A program made the translations under genes and the position numbers. This document shows positions 38,801-41,800 of a stretch of DNA of 64,000 bases, piece by piece. Under the pieces are notes generated by a model. The model saw nothing but the letters and a program-made list of their open reading frames with translations. It searched no databases and was not told the origin of the DNA. Each line of letters starts with the position of its first letter. Positions within the stretch are counted from its first letter, which is position 1. Source of the DNA: an uncultured Clostridia bacterium (GTDB taxonomy: Bacteria > Bacillota > Clostridia > TANB77 > CAG-508); NCBI GenBank assembly GCA_948560265.1, contig CAOXTD010000001.1, forward strand, positions 9,439 to 73,438, given 5' to 3'.

Positions 38801-41800
38801 CAGAAGAAGAGGATGGAAGTTATACAGTTAAAGTGCCAGTACAAGATGATAGTTACAAAATGGAAGTAAAAGCTTCTAACCAATATGCTCAAGTTAAAAT
38901 TGAAGATAACGCATTTGCATTGGGAACAGATAGTTATACTTTAGATTTAACAGGAGTAAATGGTAAAACGGTAACAGTTACAGTAAAGGCACAAGACGGA
39001 ACAGAGAAGGTATATACAGTAAATGTACAAAAAGTATCTAGTGATAATACACTTCAAACCGTTAAAGTAAACAATGTAGAAATTACAGAACAAGACGGAA
39101 TTTATAGGGCATTTATCAAAGAAGATGTCACAAATGCTAACTTGTATGTAGAAACTACTCATAGTGGAGCTACTATCAAGTTAGGAGAAGATGACGAAAA
39201 AGTACATACTGTTACAAAAGATATTACAATGGATCAATCAGAAAAAACAATTGCAATGAAGGTAACAGCAGAAGACGGAAGTGTAAAACAATATACTATT
39301 ATCATTGCAAAAGAATCTTCAGATATTGAAATCCAAAGTGTTAAAGTGGATAACAAAGGTGCTATTGTGGTAGATGAAGAAACTTACTATATTACAGCAA
39401 CACCTGGAGCAACAGAAGCTCAAGTTGAAGTAATTGCAGCAAATCAATATGCTTTTGTACAAATTAACGGAAGTGAAAAACAAGTTGGTCAAAACACTGT
39501 TACAGTACCTTTACCAGCAAGTACAAAAGTAGTAGCTGTACCAATTGTCATCACAGCACAAAACGGAAAAAATAGTAAAACATATACTTTAAATATTGAG
39601 CAAGTATCCAATAATACGAATATCACCAAAGTAACTGTCAATGGAAAAGAAGTTGCAACCTATGATGAAGAAACAAAAACTTATACTCATATTGTGGACT
39701 ATTCAGTAGACGAAGCAGTAGTTACTGCTGAAACAGAAAATGCGGAAGCAACAGTTAGAATAGAAGCAGGAGCATTTAGTAAACATATAGCAACAGAAAC
39801 TGTATCAACAGCAGGAGAAATCAATGATATCACCATTACGGTCGTAGCAGAAGATGGAACAACAGAAAACAGGAAATTAGTCATCAAGAAATTATCACAA
39901 GATGCGTCTATCTTAAAACTATTTGTCAATGAAGTAGATATTGTTGCAAATGCTGATGGAAGCTATACAGCAGAAGTGCTAGAAAGTTTATCAAAAGCAA
40001 CTGTAAGAGTTAAAACCACAAATAAGGATGCTCAAATCTGGTTAGATGGAGAAGCCTTAGAAAATAAGGGAGAAGGAACAAAAGAATACAGTATAGCAGG
40101 TACTAGAAAGATAACTGTTCCAATTAAAATCATAGCAGAAGATGGTGTTACAACAAATGAAACTACTTTGACAATTAACATTGTTTCAGACAACAAGAAC
40201 TTAGAATATGTTAAAGTAAATGGGGCAGTTGTAACAGAGTATGATGAAGAAACAAATACCTATAAGGCATTTATACCAGCAACTAGTACATCAGCTGCTA
40301 TTGAAGCAAAAGCAATTAGCCCTTATGCAACCTTAAACATTGACGGAAATGCAGGAACGCAAGTAATTACTTATACAGCCACAACAGAGGAAGATATTAC
40401 TTATGTTTATGTAGATGTCATTGCAGAAGATGATAGTGTTAAAACCTATACAATTGCAATGCAAAAACAATCAACAGATAATACCTTAAAAGATTTATAC
40501 AAAGATGGTACACAAGTAGAACCACAAGAAGATGAAAACTATATAATTGATGTACCAGAAGAAACAAAAGAGGTAAGTCTAAAAGCAATTGCAAATAACG
40601 AATTTGCCACAGTAGCAATTGGTAACGAAACAGCAGAAGTAAAAGAAACCACTAAGACAGTTACCTTAGGTGCAGGCAAAACAACAGTGGTTAATATTAC
40701 TGTAACAGCACAAGATCAATCACAAAGAGTTTATACAGTAACAATTAACAAAGTATCTGCGAATAATCATGTAGAGTATGTCAAAGTAAATTCAAATATA
40801 GTCACAGACTATGATAGTGAAACTAAGACTTATGAAGCATTTATTCCAGTAGGTAGTACAAGTGCTGCTCTAGAAATTCAAACTGAAAATGCTTATGCAA
40901 CAGTTGAAGTGCTAGATACAAGTGTAGTACACAATATAAAAGTTACACAAACAATAGAAGAGGAAGAAACTTTAATACCAGTAATTGTAACAAGTGAAAC
41001 TGGGGTGGACGAAACTTACTACATCAAGTTAACCAGAATTTCAACAGACAATACGATAAAAGAAATCTATGTGAATGGAACTTTAATTACAAAAGATGAA
41101 GATGGAAACTATATCGCAGAAGTCGCAGAAAATAGTGTGGATGCTCTTGTCAAAGTGGTAGCAAACAACAAATACGCAAATGTCCAAATAGCTAATGGGG
41201 AAGCTAAAGTGGAAGTGAGCGAGGAAACTGTAACGTTATCTACTGATAAGATTACCAATGTATCGATTACTGTTACTTCACAAAGTGGAGCGGTTGCAAA
41301 TGAAACATTAGTGATTAAGAAAGTATCTGATGATACAGGAATTAATACAGTATTAGTTAATAACATTGAATGTAAAAATTATGATGAGAAGACTAAGACT
41401 TATACCGCCTATATTGGAGCAGATATAGAAGAATCTGAAGTAGCCGTTATGGCAAATAGCCAAGGTGCTCAAGTTACAATTGAAGATGTAACAGGAACAG
41501 GAAATGCAAGTAAAACAGTTGCAACTACAGCACAAACTACTAAGTTAGCAGTTACTATTACATCTGAAACAGGAAAAACTGCAAAATATACGATCAACAT
41601 TGTAAAAGAATCTGCAGATGCGACAGTAGAGCTAGTGAAAGTAAATGACAAAGAAGTACAAGCACCTTATGATGTAACCATTAAGAAATTAGATACAAAA
41701 GCAAAAATCTATGTAAAAGCAACAAATGGAAATGCTACTGTAAAAATAGGGGATGAAGTAGCTGAAAAAGGAAGCAGCGAGGTAACTCTAACTATTCCAC